NCBI GenBank assembly: GCA_001179505.1
Contig: CDMY01000331.1
Location: 54,036-118,035, forward strand
DNA from: Vitrella brassicaformis CCMP3155
Lineage: Eukaryota; Protista; Chromerida
Length of the DNA: 64,000 nt
Direction of reading: 5' to 3'
Of the stretch, positions 35,356 through 47,639 are shown in pieces (positions within the stretch are counted from its first letter, which is position 1; each line of letters opens with the position of its first letter). The position numbers and the translations under genes are program-made. The notes under the pieces were generated by a model that had not been told where the DNA came from, made no database searches, and worked only from the letters and a program-made list of their open reading frames with translations.

Positions 35356-36020
35356 ATGTCTGTCACCTCAAGCAGCACCATCACAGCGGAGATGCTGCAA
35401 AACATCATAGACGGTACGCACATGACCCAACATGGACCCCTGAGGGTGTCATTGCCATTCTTTCTGCTCTTCCTCTGCGTTCAGACAATCGCCGTTCGGT
35501 GAACCTCCTTCTGGAGCAGTATGAGAAGCGGATTGCGAGACTAGAGGAAGAGCTGAGGGAGATGCGGGGGCGCCAGGCACAGAATGACCGCATCACGCCC
35601 CGTACGATTGTCTATCAAGGTGGTCTGTATCACGGCATCGTGGTCAACGGAGTGCCCGAGGGGATGGGAGCGCTGCGGTCGATTGACGGGGACAACAAGA
35701 TCTATGCGGGCGAGTGGAGGAACGGCAAACGGCACGGCAAAGAGAAAGCATACTACGACTACTGCGGTGATGTGCTGTGGTTTGAGGGGGAATGGCGAGA
35801 GGGCCGGGCCCACAGCGGCACCCTCTTCCCTGACGCCGACTGGCATGGAGCGAAGAATCCTGACGGCAGCCCTCAGTATCCCGTCACGCCCATTCGATGG
35901 CAGGCCGGACAGAAGATACCCGACACCAGCCTGCGTCCACCGTATGGGACGAAGCTGCATAAGTGGCTGCAGGATCGGGGTGTGTCGGGGTATTTCCCTG
36001 CTGGTGCCCTGTGGAAGTGA
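35356..36020 (+). CDS. Short coiled-coil + MORN protein (exons 35356-35413, 35485-36020)
   Basis: MSVTSSSTITAEMLQNIID|DNRRSVNLLLEQYEKR.., MORN repeats, conserved WFEGEW..GTLFPD..PIRWQAGQ.IP..RGVSGYFPAGAL tail. Head-to-head with the PPIL3 copy. Confidence 0.85.
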
Positions 36021-36559
36021 GTGGGTCTCTCGTGGCTGGCTGGCTGCATTTTCGGATGGCTGCATACAGACACACAGATAGACAGAAAGGGAGAAGCCTC
36101 TGCAATCTCTCTGTCTTGCGGCTGTTTTCATGGATGTGTGCTCATGGCTGGTAGACTGTCGGCCCGTGTGTGATGGGTGGCACTGGGATGGTGAGTCGGT
36201 CTCTTTTGTCTTGTCTGTCGGCTCGGCTGACTGTCAGTCATTTCCAATGAATATGGGTGTTAGTTTGCACTGAGTGAGTGGCCGACAGTTGCTAAGTCTG
36301 TGTGCTTGTGAGAAATGGGACGTGAAATGTGACATTAAGGGACATCATATAGCCAATCACATCGGCAGCCATTAAGGGACACTTACGTATGAGACCAACA
36401 TACACAAAAGTCCAGCACATGCACATACAATGCGATGGGTCCATGTGCGTGAGGCCACACGGCCGTCAATGCAAGCACACAGGTCGATAGACCGACAACA
36501 TAGCGCCCAGCAAGACAAAAGACACTCACAATCTCAGTCGCGGATCATCAGGCAGTGCA

Positions 36560-37412
36560 TGGACATCCGCAGAGTGCATCTGTGAATGCAGGGCATCAGG
36601 ATGGCCGAGATGACGCCCTGGACAGCTAAAGGCCAGAACAGATTCCAAATGCGCAGAAACTCCTGCCATGTTTGTCCGTGTGGTATGCCGTCGACTGTCT
36701 TGCCATTATAGCAACCATGGCACCGTCCCTTGCTGTCATAGATGGCCAGGTTGGTGATGTGGCCCTCGCCTTTCATCTGTCCCTCAGCCCGCTGACCCTC
36801 ATAGCACATACCGCCTCCTCGCTGTACTATCGACCGGCCGTGTCCGTGTTGCCGTCATGCTGGACTTAAGTCGCCCTCGTAAACCATCCAGCCGTCATGC
36901 GGAAACCTTCTTTGTTGCGCAGCTGGCATGGCACGTATTCCTTCCGACGTCCATGCCGTTTGCCGGTCTACCATTCACCAAGTGTGTAGATGACAGAGCC
37001 GTCGTATGTGCGCAAGGTGCCGGTGCCGTGGGGCTGCCCATCATAGACGGCCTTCATCCTTCGTGTCGGTTGTATCTTCGTCCCAAGTAAGGCTGCCCAT
37101 CGTGATGGTGTTGGCCTCCAGCTACCAAATACGGCTCTCCAGATCACCGTGACGCTGTCTGCCGCCATCTCTCTCGGCTCGGCTCTGAGCCCATCCTCCA
37201 GCTCCTACTGCAGAACCCTCGTTTAGCCATTCATTCCTCTCAGCTCGCCATGCCTCCCTATCGGGGCTCGGTGTCTTGCCTCCATCTCCTGTATTTATCT
37301 CGTGTGCTGGGCGGCGAGCGCCTGTTGTGAGCTCCGCAGCTGCTGCATGTTGTCGGCATGGGCCACAGTGAAGGCGCTTGATAGCGATTGGAAGATAGGG
37401 CGGCGTCGTGGT
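36560..37412 (-). pseudogene. Decayed MORN gene of the 6074 (SLSSAFTV leader) type (ends approximate)
   Basis: QSLSSAFTVAHADNMQQLRSSQQALAAQHTR followed by TAA (CAA in the paralog). Fragments YDGQPHGTGTLRTYDGSVIY and YEGQRAEGQMKGEGHITNL lie in different frames. Confidence 0.75.
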
Positions 37413-37432
37413 GAATGGCAGATCCGCACACA

Positions 37433-37920
37433 CTACGCCTTAAGAGGCTGCTTTCGGCTCTGGTTCTTGTCCGCACCCTTCTGTCGGCCGGGTCGCTGTC
37501 TGACCTCACCCACAGCTCCTTCCTCCGCGTCAGCCTTGGGTTCCGGCGAAGGATCGGACACATGGGACGATGCAATCGTCGACGCAGGAGCATCCTTCAA
37601 GCATTGCTTCCTGAGACAAACGACAGTAGACACGTTTCTTTCTTTCCGCTTTGACTGCCTTGGTGGTACGTGCCTGACCTCTCGTCGTCCCATTTCCTCT
37701 GCAGGCGGCCGTACAGGTCCACGCCGGCTGCGAACGAGAACTCAGACTTGATGTCGCCGTTGGGCTTGAGACCGCAAGCAATCACTGACAGCTGCGAATG
37801 TGACAGCCCAGAGAAGTCGGGCGGGGTGATGTCGCTCCAATGCTCCGGGGAGAGCTGACGGAAACCTTTTTCGACTTTCCTGACCAGCTCGGAGGTGTCC
37901 TTCGAACCGCCCGCACCCAT
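37433..37920 (-). CDS. Small hypothetical protein with an N-myristoylation-like start (MGAGGSK), two exons
   Basis: MGAGGSKDTSELVRKVEKGF..RKWDDER|gt..ag|KQCLKDAPAS..; divergent from the gene at 38045. Confidence 0.5.
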
Positions 37921-38044
37921 GGCTGTTCAAGGTCACTTTTCCTTGGCGAGCTCAGGAGCAGTCGCCTAGGGTGCTGCATGAAACCGCTGCTGCTGGGGTC
38001 TGGGGAGGAGGGACCACTGAGTCCAACACGGTCTTGTGCCTGAG

Positions 38045-41000
38045 ATGGCGGAGACGCCGGGCAGACGGAAGAAGCGGCGTGTCGGTGATGCTGCCGATGA
38101 AGATCTGCCCGACAACGATGAAGATCTGCAGGTCACCACCGCCCTCCCTGCCCTCCCGCTGCACATCAGCGGCCAGGCCTACCTCAAGCGACAAGACGAC
38201 TGTGCGCCGCTCTTTCGGTCGAGTAGGAAAGCCCTCACGCCGCCCGTCGTCCAGGGCAGTGACTGTGTGCTGGTGGACGGCCTGTTTGAGGCCGTGTGGG
38301 CCTTCCCGCATGTCGATGTCACCGAGGAGGTGGTGAGAGAGCCGGGGAATCTGTTCATCGGCGACAGAAGGCTCCACTTCGACGACATCAGGTGGGCGGC
38401 CGAATGTGTCACTGAAGGCAAGTCAATCTGCGTATCTGTGTGTGTGTGTGTGTGTTTGCAGTGGCGAGAGGCACACGCTGTGTCGTGTGTGCGGCACACA
38501 CGGGAGGGCGGCTGACGACTTCATTACACAACACTACACCAAATCGACAAGTAAGTGACGCGGCAGCACTCTCTGTGCCATGATGTGTCTGTCTTCACTG
38601 TGTGTGTGTGTGTGTCACTTATTAAGGTTGCTGGCAGTGTGTAATGGAGAAGCTGATCACGCCATTCTGCATGGCACAACATAACACACCGTAAGCCGAC
38701 CACATGACGATGTGTACATGGCTGTCCATTCTTGCTTTGCTGTGTGGCAAATCGTCAATCAAGTGGCCCCACTGGCCCACAGCCACAGCCATTCACAGCA
38801 CCAGTGCTGTCACATCCACCTGTCGCCGACAGCCATTCGCCAGGTGGCTGCATGCAGCCAACATCGGCTCTTCCCGCACAGCTGCTACCCCAGCTGCAGC
38901 CACCGGTGAGAATATTGCCAGCGCACAAACACACATCGTCCTATACAATCGATGCTGTCTGTCTGTCTGGCTGTTGGTTCAGTTTGCGAAGCAGCTGCGA
39001 GGGCTTGATGACCTCAGCAGGGTGCTCAGGAGTCAGCTGCAGCTGGTGGACGACCAGAGGCGCCAGGCACTCAATCTCTTCGCCACGCCAAACAAATCAC
39101 AGGCATGTTATGGGACCCTAGCTCTCATACACACACATTCGTCTCTCTCTCTCTCCCTCTGTCTGTCCGTTTGTCTGTCTGTCTGTCTCTCTGTCTGTCT
39201 GTCAGGCTGTTGAGCAGAATCTGCGTGTGTGGCAGAGCATCGTCGACAAACACCCCCAGGCCACCAGCCAGACATTTTCCGCACTCGCCGCCCCTGCAGC
39301 AAAGAAACTCCGCATGATACAGGCCCTGCTGGAGACGGCAACAGTGAGAACACGGGACGGCACAGTAATCCCTTTACTGAGGAGGCTGTCCGGTGTGTGT
39401 GCAGGATGGTCTTTGCCTCGAGGGCATTCCCGAGGTGCTGTGGCTGAGCGACAGCGATCGCACCGGCATCGGTAAGAACGCAAAAAGAAGAAGCCATCTC
39501 AGTCGCCTCACCTGTCTGTCTGTCTGTCTGGTTTGGTCTGCAGGTGGTTATCTGGGCTTCGTCGAGTGCGTCCGGTGTCTCTCGGGTGTCAGCACGGCGA
39601 TCGCGTCGATCGCCGATAACCCCAAGATGCATCCCATCCTGCTGCTAGAGAGTCCCAAACGTCACACGCGCGCCCCCCAAGGGGTCCATAAGAAGTGGAA
39701 AGGTGAGGAGAGCGCAACACAGCACGGCAGTCGACTCATTGTCGGTCCTTTTTCTGTGTGTCATGGTGGATCCTCCAGAGGTGCTTTTCAGCACGAACAG
39801 CATTCGGGTGTTGATCAAGAGCGGTACGTATCATATGGGCAGACAACTGCTCGAGGCTGCCGCTGCAAGCGTCACTGAGGTCATTGTCGACAAAACGGCC
39901 GAACGCAGAAGCTCTGGTGATATCGTGTCGCGGGTCGTCACCGTCGCCCTGCTCGAGGCTGCCGCTCCAAACGTCACCGGGATCACTGTCGACACGACCG
40001 CCGACCGCACGACACAGTGCATTTCGATCGCAGAGCGCAGTACTTTGAGTTTCCCGCGGCTCGTCAAGGCCGTCGTGAGGCGTGAGTGGGGGGAGGTGAT
40101 GCAGCGGCAGATCGATGGGAAGCAGGTCTACAAGATGCCCGCCCTGGCCCACTTGAGCGTCGAGTGGCCTGCACACGGGGGGCTGACGATGCTCATAGGG
40201 GTGACTGGCGGCCTGCGGTCACTCCATCTCCTCAACCAGGTCGGTGGGATGGGAGGAAATGCGGCCATGGTCTGATGCATGGATCGTCCGTGTCGTTTTC
40301 CTACCAGATGTCAGCTGATGGTCGTCCCAGTTTCACTCTCTTCGGGGCAGTCGCCGAATCGCTGCGAGGGACGCCCTCTCAGGCCACCATCAGGTCACTC
40401 ACGGGGGCCATCCATCTCACCACATACCCAAAGGCTCCCTCATTTAGCGGCCTCGAGTGCTTGGAGGTTGCGATACCGGGGATACTCAGCCAAGCCAACA
40501 GCGTGCAGGTGCGAAACTTCCATATGGCTACGTACACGGGTGTGTATCTTGATGTGGATATGTATTATTGTCTTAGAAGTTGCACAAGCTCCGAAGCTCG
40601 TGGCTGGCCAAGGGCGCGAAGGAGCTGTACCACATTGGAGAGATGGACAACCGACGCCTTCGCCTCGTCCAGGAGGCAACGCGCGAGTGCCCCGCCCCCG
40701 TTCACATCCACTTGCCGCTGATCGGCAGGTCAGAGGAGCTGGCAGGCACTCGATCGACCCTGCACTTCCTGGCGGCGAGCGCCACACGAGTCAGCCTCTT
40801 CCCCTACCTCCTCGACACTCACGCGACCGGCGCGAACGAGCTCTATGGCCTCTCCTTCAAGCAAGCGGCTGATCTCTTCGTCGCATTTCCGCCGGGCATG
40901 ACGGACCGTGACGCCCGCCATCCCCTGCCGGAGTGGGTCGTCGACAACGCGTCATCGATGTTCACTGAGGCCAAGACACTTCACGTGGCGCACGGCAGTG

Positions 41001-41587
41001 GGCCAGCGGGAGTGTCGCTGTATGATGGAGGGGCAGACAAGGTCATTAGGCAGCTGCCCCGCCTTTCGCATGTCATTCACACAGTGCGGGTCACGTTCCC
41101 TTCGCAAAACGTACTTGTGCCGCTGGTGTGGGCGGGGCTGAAGCACTGCGCTCTAGAGAGCGGGCCTCTCCGCGTGGTCGTGGAAGTGCTTGCGAGCGCT
41201 CGGCCGTCGCGGGTCGGTTTTTTCTTGCCTGTCTTTCACTGGCAGACTGTAGAAGAGGAGTCACATGAGCTTGAGGCGGTGCTGAAAGCCAGGGTGAGGA
41301 AAGTGACGGTGGTTCTCAATGTGCGTCATGAGAGAGGGGCGGGCAACCAGCAGCAGCCGCCCGCATTCCCGTCGCATTTTTCGTGTGTGTCCTCTTTTTC
41401 GCCCACTGCATGGTCACTCTTGACGCGATTTCACAGAGTTAAAAAGGTGTGTCTAAGGGTGGGCGAAGGGGTGTCATGTGACAGGGACATGCTTCTGGCG
41501 TGTCTGCGGGGGCTGGGGTTCGCGGGCTACTCGATAGTCAGGGATGTCAGTGACGACAACACAATGGTCTTCCAGAGAGGCCGGTGA
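38045..41587 (+). CDS. Lineage-specific multi-exon gene (family XY), copy 2, the most complete
   Basis: MAETPGRRKKRR..; a CRVCGTH exon; FAKQLRGLDDLSRVLRSQL; EGIPEVLWLSD; LRR-like tracts (MPALAHLSV, GLRSLHL, SGLECLEV, QLPRLSHV); long terminal exon 40578-41587. Internal exons 3-4 are uncertain. Confidence 0.65.
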
Positions 41588-42829
41588 CGTGTTTGTGTGT
41601 GTGTGAGGGCAGTGAGTTGATGGACAGCCTGTAGCTTAGCTGCTCGTGGCGCTGGGAGGTGAATGCGGGGCGGTGGGGCTTCGTGTGTGGCTTTGTTGAC
41701 TGCTGTACGATCTGCTGCACTGAGCAGTGGATATGTCGAGGGAGATGATCGGTGATTTTTCCGCCTCAAGAGGCGCGTGTGTGTGTGCTCTCTCTGCTGT
41801 CCTTCGACCACTTCTCGTGCTGCGTGAGTGCTGTGTGAGCCGTACAAGCCACATAGAGCTGTCGTGGCTCGACGTGTGCCTGCCTGCCGTGGTGCTGTCT
41901 TTCTGCATGTGGGGTCTATCTGATACTTGCTGTCTATTTGTCGCTTCCAGCTTTGTGTCCGAGAGAGGGGTGGGGGTGGGGGGGTGTGAGGAGAGCATGG
42001 TGGCCGATGGTGTGGTGTGTGCCCATGTGTGAGGCCAGCGATGGTATGGTTGTGCTTCTGGTGCTGATGGCTTTATTGCCATGAGTGTATTCTACTGCTG
42101 ATGAGCTTTCCTGTGGTGATTTTACATTGATCGGTGTGTGTCTGTCTGTCGTCCTGCGTCCCGTCTGTCCGCGGTTTGATGGCTGCACTGTGTGAGCAAT
42201 GACACACCTGCTGCCATTACGCCGTAGAGTGATAGGACGAAGGCCAACAGACAAAACACGCCCTGCAGTCTACAAACTGACAGCAAAGACAGCTCTTGCG
42301 TCTCTGTCGTTGTGTCTTGCTGTCGTGATTCTGGATGAATGGATGAATGGATGGATGGATAAGTGCGGTGCGTGCCAATTCACCTGCTTGTTGCCATCTG
42401 GGTGTTCGTACAAACACAGATCGAGTCGTACAAATGCAAACAAACAACACAAAGCTGTTGTGCCCTTTTCGTTTTCTTTTTCGTTTTTCCTCGTAGCTTA
42501 GTTACCGACTCGCTCAGTCAGCCTTTTCCATCGCGGACGGGGCCTTTTGTTTACTCACACGTGGTGGTGCCTGTCGGTTGCTATTTGTTTGCTCCCCGCT
42601 GTGTGCTTTGCTTTCTGTGTCCCCGCCAAATCGGCGATGCACTTTTCGGTCTCAATCACAGTTTGATCGCAGTTGACTGAATGCTACGCACACACGCATT
42701 GATGGACCGATGACAGAGACAGTCACATAGATAAAAGGCAATCACGATCCGTCTTCGCAGACAGAGAGACCCACCGACACGCAAACCCGTCGGCACCCGA
42801 CTCACACACACACAGTCAGACGCTCACAA

Positions 42830-43372
42830 ATGCCGTGACAGACCCTGCTGCTGCAGCCACTCGTACAATGTGGGGGCTTCCCAGCGATTCTTTCTTCGGG
42901 AATGGGTGTGATGGGGCTGCCTTGTCACACATCCATTCGCCAACACAGCACCATACTAGTAGTAGGCCTTTCCCTGGCCGTGCCGCGCGTCGTCCTTCCA
43001 ATGGCCGTCATAGATGACCCTGATGCCGCGTCCAGTGAGCACAGCACGCCCATCCCGCCGGGCACTCCATTAGCCACCGCCGTAGTAGAGACCTCCATGC
43101 TAAACGATCGACGGAGTGTGGCATTCATCGTAGGCCTTCAGCTTCGCCTCAGCCTTCATGCAAACACACAATTGCTGGCTGACGTGTATGTGTGACCTCC
43201 TCGCAGCGTCGCTTCCATCCGTCCCTCTACGCCTTGTACTCGTCTCGCTGCTGCCTGATGTCATTGACGAGGACTGCTGGTCCTCCATCTGCTTCTGGAT
43301 CATCTCCATGTCGACCGCAGTGAAGGCGCTCGACTGGCCGGCGTCTGATAGGGCGTCGCTGTAGGCGGCCAT
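42830..43372 (-). pseudogene. Decayed MORN gene with a DALSDAGQSSAFTA leader (3' end approximate)
   Basis: MAAYSDALSDAGQSSAFTAVDM..; fragments VANGVPGGMGVL and RVIYDGHWKDDARHGQGKAYY* lie in shifting frames. Confidence 0.65.
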
Positions 43373-43626
43373 CGTCAGCAGCAGGAGCGGGAGATCAGTT
43401 CGCCTGGTGCAGCTGACAGAGGGCGAGGCACATGAATCGTGTGTTGTGTGCTGGTTGGATGCCCACCATTGGCGCAGGCGCATCTGCCGTCCTCTACTCG
43501 AGTGGTGTGCTCCCTCTTGCGCACGCACCTTGCCGTCACTGCAGACACACACAGTCACACAACATGCAAGGCAGCTGTGGCATTGACTCATCGAATTTCA
43601 CACATGTGCCCTCGTATGTGTCCACC

Positions 43627-43756
43627 TTGCAGCACTTTGGCGCTTGCTGACAGAACAGCTCAATCTGTGAAGCCCAAACACACAAACACCGACACAAAGA
43701 TGGTGACGGATGGGAACACCTTGAGATCTCCGAAATGTCTTGATTGTCACCGATCT
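43627..43756 (-). pseudogene. Relic PPIL3 exons 1-2 upstream of a MORN gene
   Basis: Exon 2 reads IELFCQQAPKCCK (PPIL3: VELFCHQAPKCCK). Exon 1 has lost its ATG (agatcggtgacaatcaagac vs atgtcggtgacaatcaagac) and carries a small deletion. Confidence 0.75.
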
Positions 43757-43981
43757 GTTTCCCCTTGCCTGCTTCGTTTCCTGTTTCCTTTTTATACTGA
43801 GCTCGCACGGCGGATCACACCCGTGTTGCCTTTTTGCCATCCCCGGGCGCCGCTGTTGACCTGCCTGTGGCCCCCAGCTGTGCCTTTTTTGATTGCCATC
43901 GGCGATCTGTCCAAAATGAGCCGCCCTCCCGCCGCTCCGACGAGGGGCGGAAGACCTGCGCCATTTATCCCTCCTGCCGCG

Positions 43982-45244
43982 ATGTCTGTCACCTCCTCAA
44001 GCAGCACCATCACAGCCGAGATGCTGCAGAACATCATGGATGGTACGCACATGGACGGGATCACTGCCGGTGTCACTGCCCATATGCATTCTCTCGTGTG
44101 TTGCCCTCCCTCCGCCGTCAGACAACCGTTGCTCGATGAAGCTTCTGCGGCAGCAGTATGACAAGCGCATCGAGGAGTTTCAAGCACAAAGAGATGACTA
44201 CAAGAGAGAGAGGGACGCCTACCGACGTGAGCGAGACGCCGCCCTGCACAAGCTCAGAGAACTCGAGGCCAAGATGGCTGCCGAGCAGGCCGTCCGTGTG
44301 AGCCGCACGGTCGTCCCTGAGGGCGCTGTCTATCACGGAACCATGCGTCGCATCGCCGGTATCGAGGTGGCGCACGGCAAGGGCAAGGAGATCAGCCACG
44401 GCAGAATTGTCTATGACGGCGATTTTGTGGACGGCAAGCGGCACGGCCAGGGCGAGGAGTTCGCCAGCCGCAAGTCGATCTACAAGGGCGGCTGGGCAGA
44501 TGGCGAAAGGGATGGCGCTGGTGTGGCGACGGGCATCTTCTGGGAGCAGGGCTGCAAATATCACGGGCCAACGCGCGACGGCAAACCACACGGAGAGGGA
44601 GAGCTGCGAGACGGCGATAAGGTGATCTATAAGGGCGGCTACAAGGACGGCAAGCGGCACGGCCGTGGGACAGAGCTCACCCGTGACGGCCGAGTGCTCT
44701 ACGAGGGCGAGTGGGCCAACGGTGACAGGACCAATAAGGGAGAAGGGAAGGTGGGCAGCATGGAGCTGAAGGACGACAAGAGAAAGCGGCTCGGTTACTA
44801 CTTCGGCGAGACACTCGACGCGGCCTGCCAGATGGCGAGGGAGAGCTGCGAAACTACTGCGACCGAGTCGTCTACAGCGGCGAGTGGAAGAACGGCAAGC
44901 GGCATGGCGAAGGAAAGGAATTCGGCCCAAGATATGAAGGCGAGTGGGCGGATGGCAAGCGGCACGGCCAGGGGAAGGCATACTACGACTGGTGTGGTCC
45001 TGTGGTGTGGTTCGATGGCGAATGGCGAGAGGGCCTGGCCCACATTGGCACCCTCTTCCTTGACGGCGACTGCTATGCAGCGAAGAAGGCCGACGGCATC
45101 CCTCGGTGTCCCATCACGCCCATTCGATGGCAGGCCGGACAGAAGATACCCAACATCAACCTCGTGCCTGGCGGCGGATGGAAGCTGCATCAGTTGCTGC
45201 AGGATCGGGGTGTGTCGGAGTATTTCCCTGCTGGTGCACTGTGA
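43982..45244 (+). pseudogene. Coiled-coil + MORN gene with a 2-nt insertion frameshift at 44820-44821
   Basis: MSVTSSSSTITAEMLQNIMD|DNRCSMKLLRQQ... Removing GC at 44820-44821 restores ETLDGLPDGEGELR and the conserved tail to TGA 45242-45244. Confidence 0.8.
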
Positions 45245-45741
45245 TAGCGAGTCTGTCTCTTGTGGCTGTCTGACTGTGTGTGATATCAATCCGTGGATCT
45301 CTGTGTGATTGATTGCGTGATTGAGGGAGCGACTGCTGTTTTTTGCGCTTCCTGCTGTCTATCTTGGCTGGCTGGCTGGCTGGCCAGTGTGTCTCAAACA
45401 GACACACAGAGAGACAGACAGACAGACAGACAGGGAGGGAGGGAGGGAGGAGCGGAGCCTCTGCAGTGCGTGGTGCGTCCGTCTGCTTGTCTGGCCAGTG
45501 TGAGTGGTTGACGACGGCCACACATGTATGTATCTCCTGTCTCGCGACTGTTTTTATGACGGTCGAATCGTGTGTGATGCGTGGTGCTCTGTGTGTGGCA
45601 GACGGTTGATGAGAGATCGCACGTGAAATGTGACATGAACGGATATCGCGGCAATCGAATGTATAATTCCTCCGTGTGTGCAAAGTCAGTACGCCCAGTG
45701 GTCATATATTCATCCACACATGTGGTCATTCACTCGTCCAT

Positions 45742-47601
45742 TCAGTCCTTGACAGGTATGGCGTCCTGCATGTATTTGGACACTCGGTGTCTTCTGGCCT
45801 TGACGTGGATGAACAGATGCACACGATGGCCCCACAGCTGCTGCAGACGATGGCTGACCGACGCACACACATACACAGAGATGGATGGATGGGTAAGTTG
45901 CGGTTGCTCACATGACGTGTTTTCTCATTTGGAAGATGATTCTGTTGCGGATGCCGCATATCATCATGGCCACCACGTTGTCTTCAGCCTGCACACACAC
46001 ATGAACACAGAGTGAGGGATAGGCGTGGATGTGATGCGGTGTGTGTGTGGTCACTCACCAGCAGCTCTTGCTCGATTATGAGGCTGCCGTCGAGACGAGG
46101 GGTCCACCCTTGAAGACAGACGTACACGCGTGCTGCAGGTGCATTCATCTGTGCATGACGTGTGGCTCACTTACCGACGGTCTTCTGTTCGATCCGATAA
46201 GGCACCTGCTTGTTGAACCAACAATACAGATACGTCCTGACACACACACACACACACACACACCATTTGTGTGATGGATGTGTGTCAATCGTCCCTCCCT
46301 CTCTCACGCAATCATCTCTTCCACAAGCTGCACTTTCGACTGGGTCGTCACCTGCACCACACAGAGAGAGGGACACGCAATCAGTCGTTTCCTCTCTCTC
46401 TGCCACGTGTGTGAGGTGTGCCCCTGACCATGTCTGGTGGGCACATCCATGTGCGTGGCCGTGCTCTCGACATGAGGTAGGCCTTCAGGTCATCCACACC
46501 GTCACCCCTCTTGGCTGAATGTCGCCACAACACACACACAGGGAGATAGGGGTGGGTGGGCAGCTGTCGAGTGTGTTTGCGCTGGGCGGCCGACCTGACA
46601 CGTAGAAGATCTTCTCGAATGATGCGTAGGACCTGACACACACGCAGACACGACCGTCACAGAGACAGACACATTTGCGTGTGCATGCGTGTGTACGCGT
46701 GTGTACGTGAATTCGTTTGCCCGCCACTCCACATATCTGTCCTGTGACGCCTTGTCAACCTGATACACACACAGAGAGACAAAGGCATACCAGAAAGAGA
46801 GACAAACATTTCTTGTGTGTCAGCACGCCTACCTTATTGAGCACAAGAATGACGGGGATCAGCCGCTCCCTCTCACTCCTGTAGTCCACCTCTGATGTGG
46901 GCGCCGCGCCATCGCCACCCACTAGAGACAACGAAAACTGACACACACACTCAGAGACACATTGAGTGGGAAATGAATCACACACACGCACACACACACT
47001 GACGGACCTGGTCTCTCTGCCGCTGTGACTGTATGGCGGCCTGTGTTTCCAGCACAGAGGAGGGGAAGGAGGGATGGTCGGCCGGCGATGACGACGGCTG
47101 CCGCTCCACCGCCCATGGCAGCAGCTCCACACCTGCAATACACACACACACACACACACGTATACACTCCCTCTCTCTGTGTGTGTGTGTGTGTGTGTGT
47201 GTTGATGTAGCAACACACGTGCACAAATCCATGCTCACCTCTCTGTGTGAATCCTGGCACTGAGTATGTGTTTGCGTCGAATTCGCCCCCATCCTCGTGT
47301 GTGTTGGCGTAGTGCGTGAGCGACACCTCCCCCTCTCCCGTCGTGTCGGCCGTCAACGTCATGTACTTGCGGGGGGGAGAGGGAGAGGGAGAGGGAGAGG
47401 CAGAGGGATCATCACTCATGGCCTCCTGCGATCAGACACACATGACGGCATCTGTCTCTCTGTGTGTGCTTCTGAGGGTTACGTGTTGCTGCTGGTTGTG
47501 GTGTTGATTGTTGTTGTATGTGTGTCTGAACTGCTGCTGGTACAGCCTCCTCTGCTGAATTCGCTCCCTCTCCGCTCTGTCCTCCTCCATCGCCCAATCT
47601 A

Positions 47602-47639
<38 letters not shown>

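Noticed and set aside
31525-35456. Interpretation of the 978-bp direct repeats as the LTRs of the copia element
   Set aside because: They contain intron-bearing PPIL3 exons and a MORN exon, and no TG..CA ends, PBS or PPT can be seen at the gap edges.
41600-42800. Short ORFs in the region between XY copy 2 and the MORN relic
   Set aside because: No consistent exon chain, motif or paralogy; treated as intergenic.
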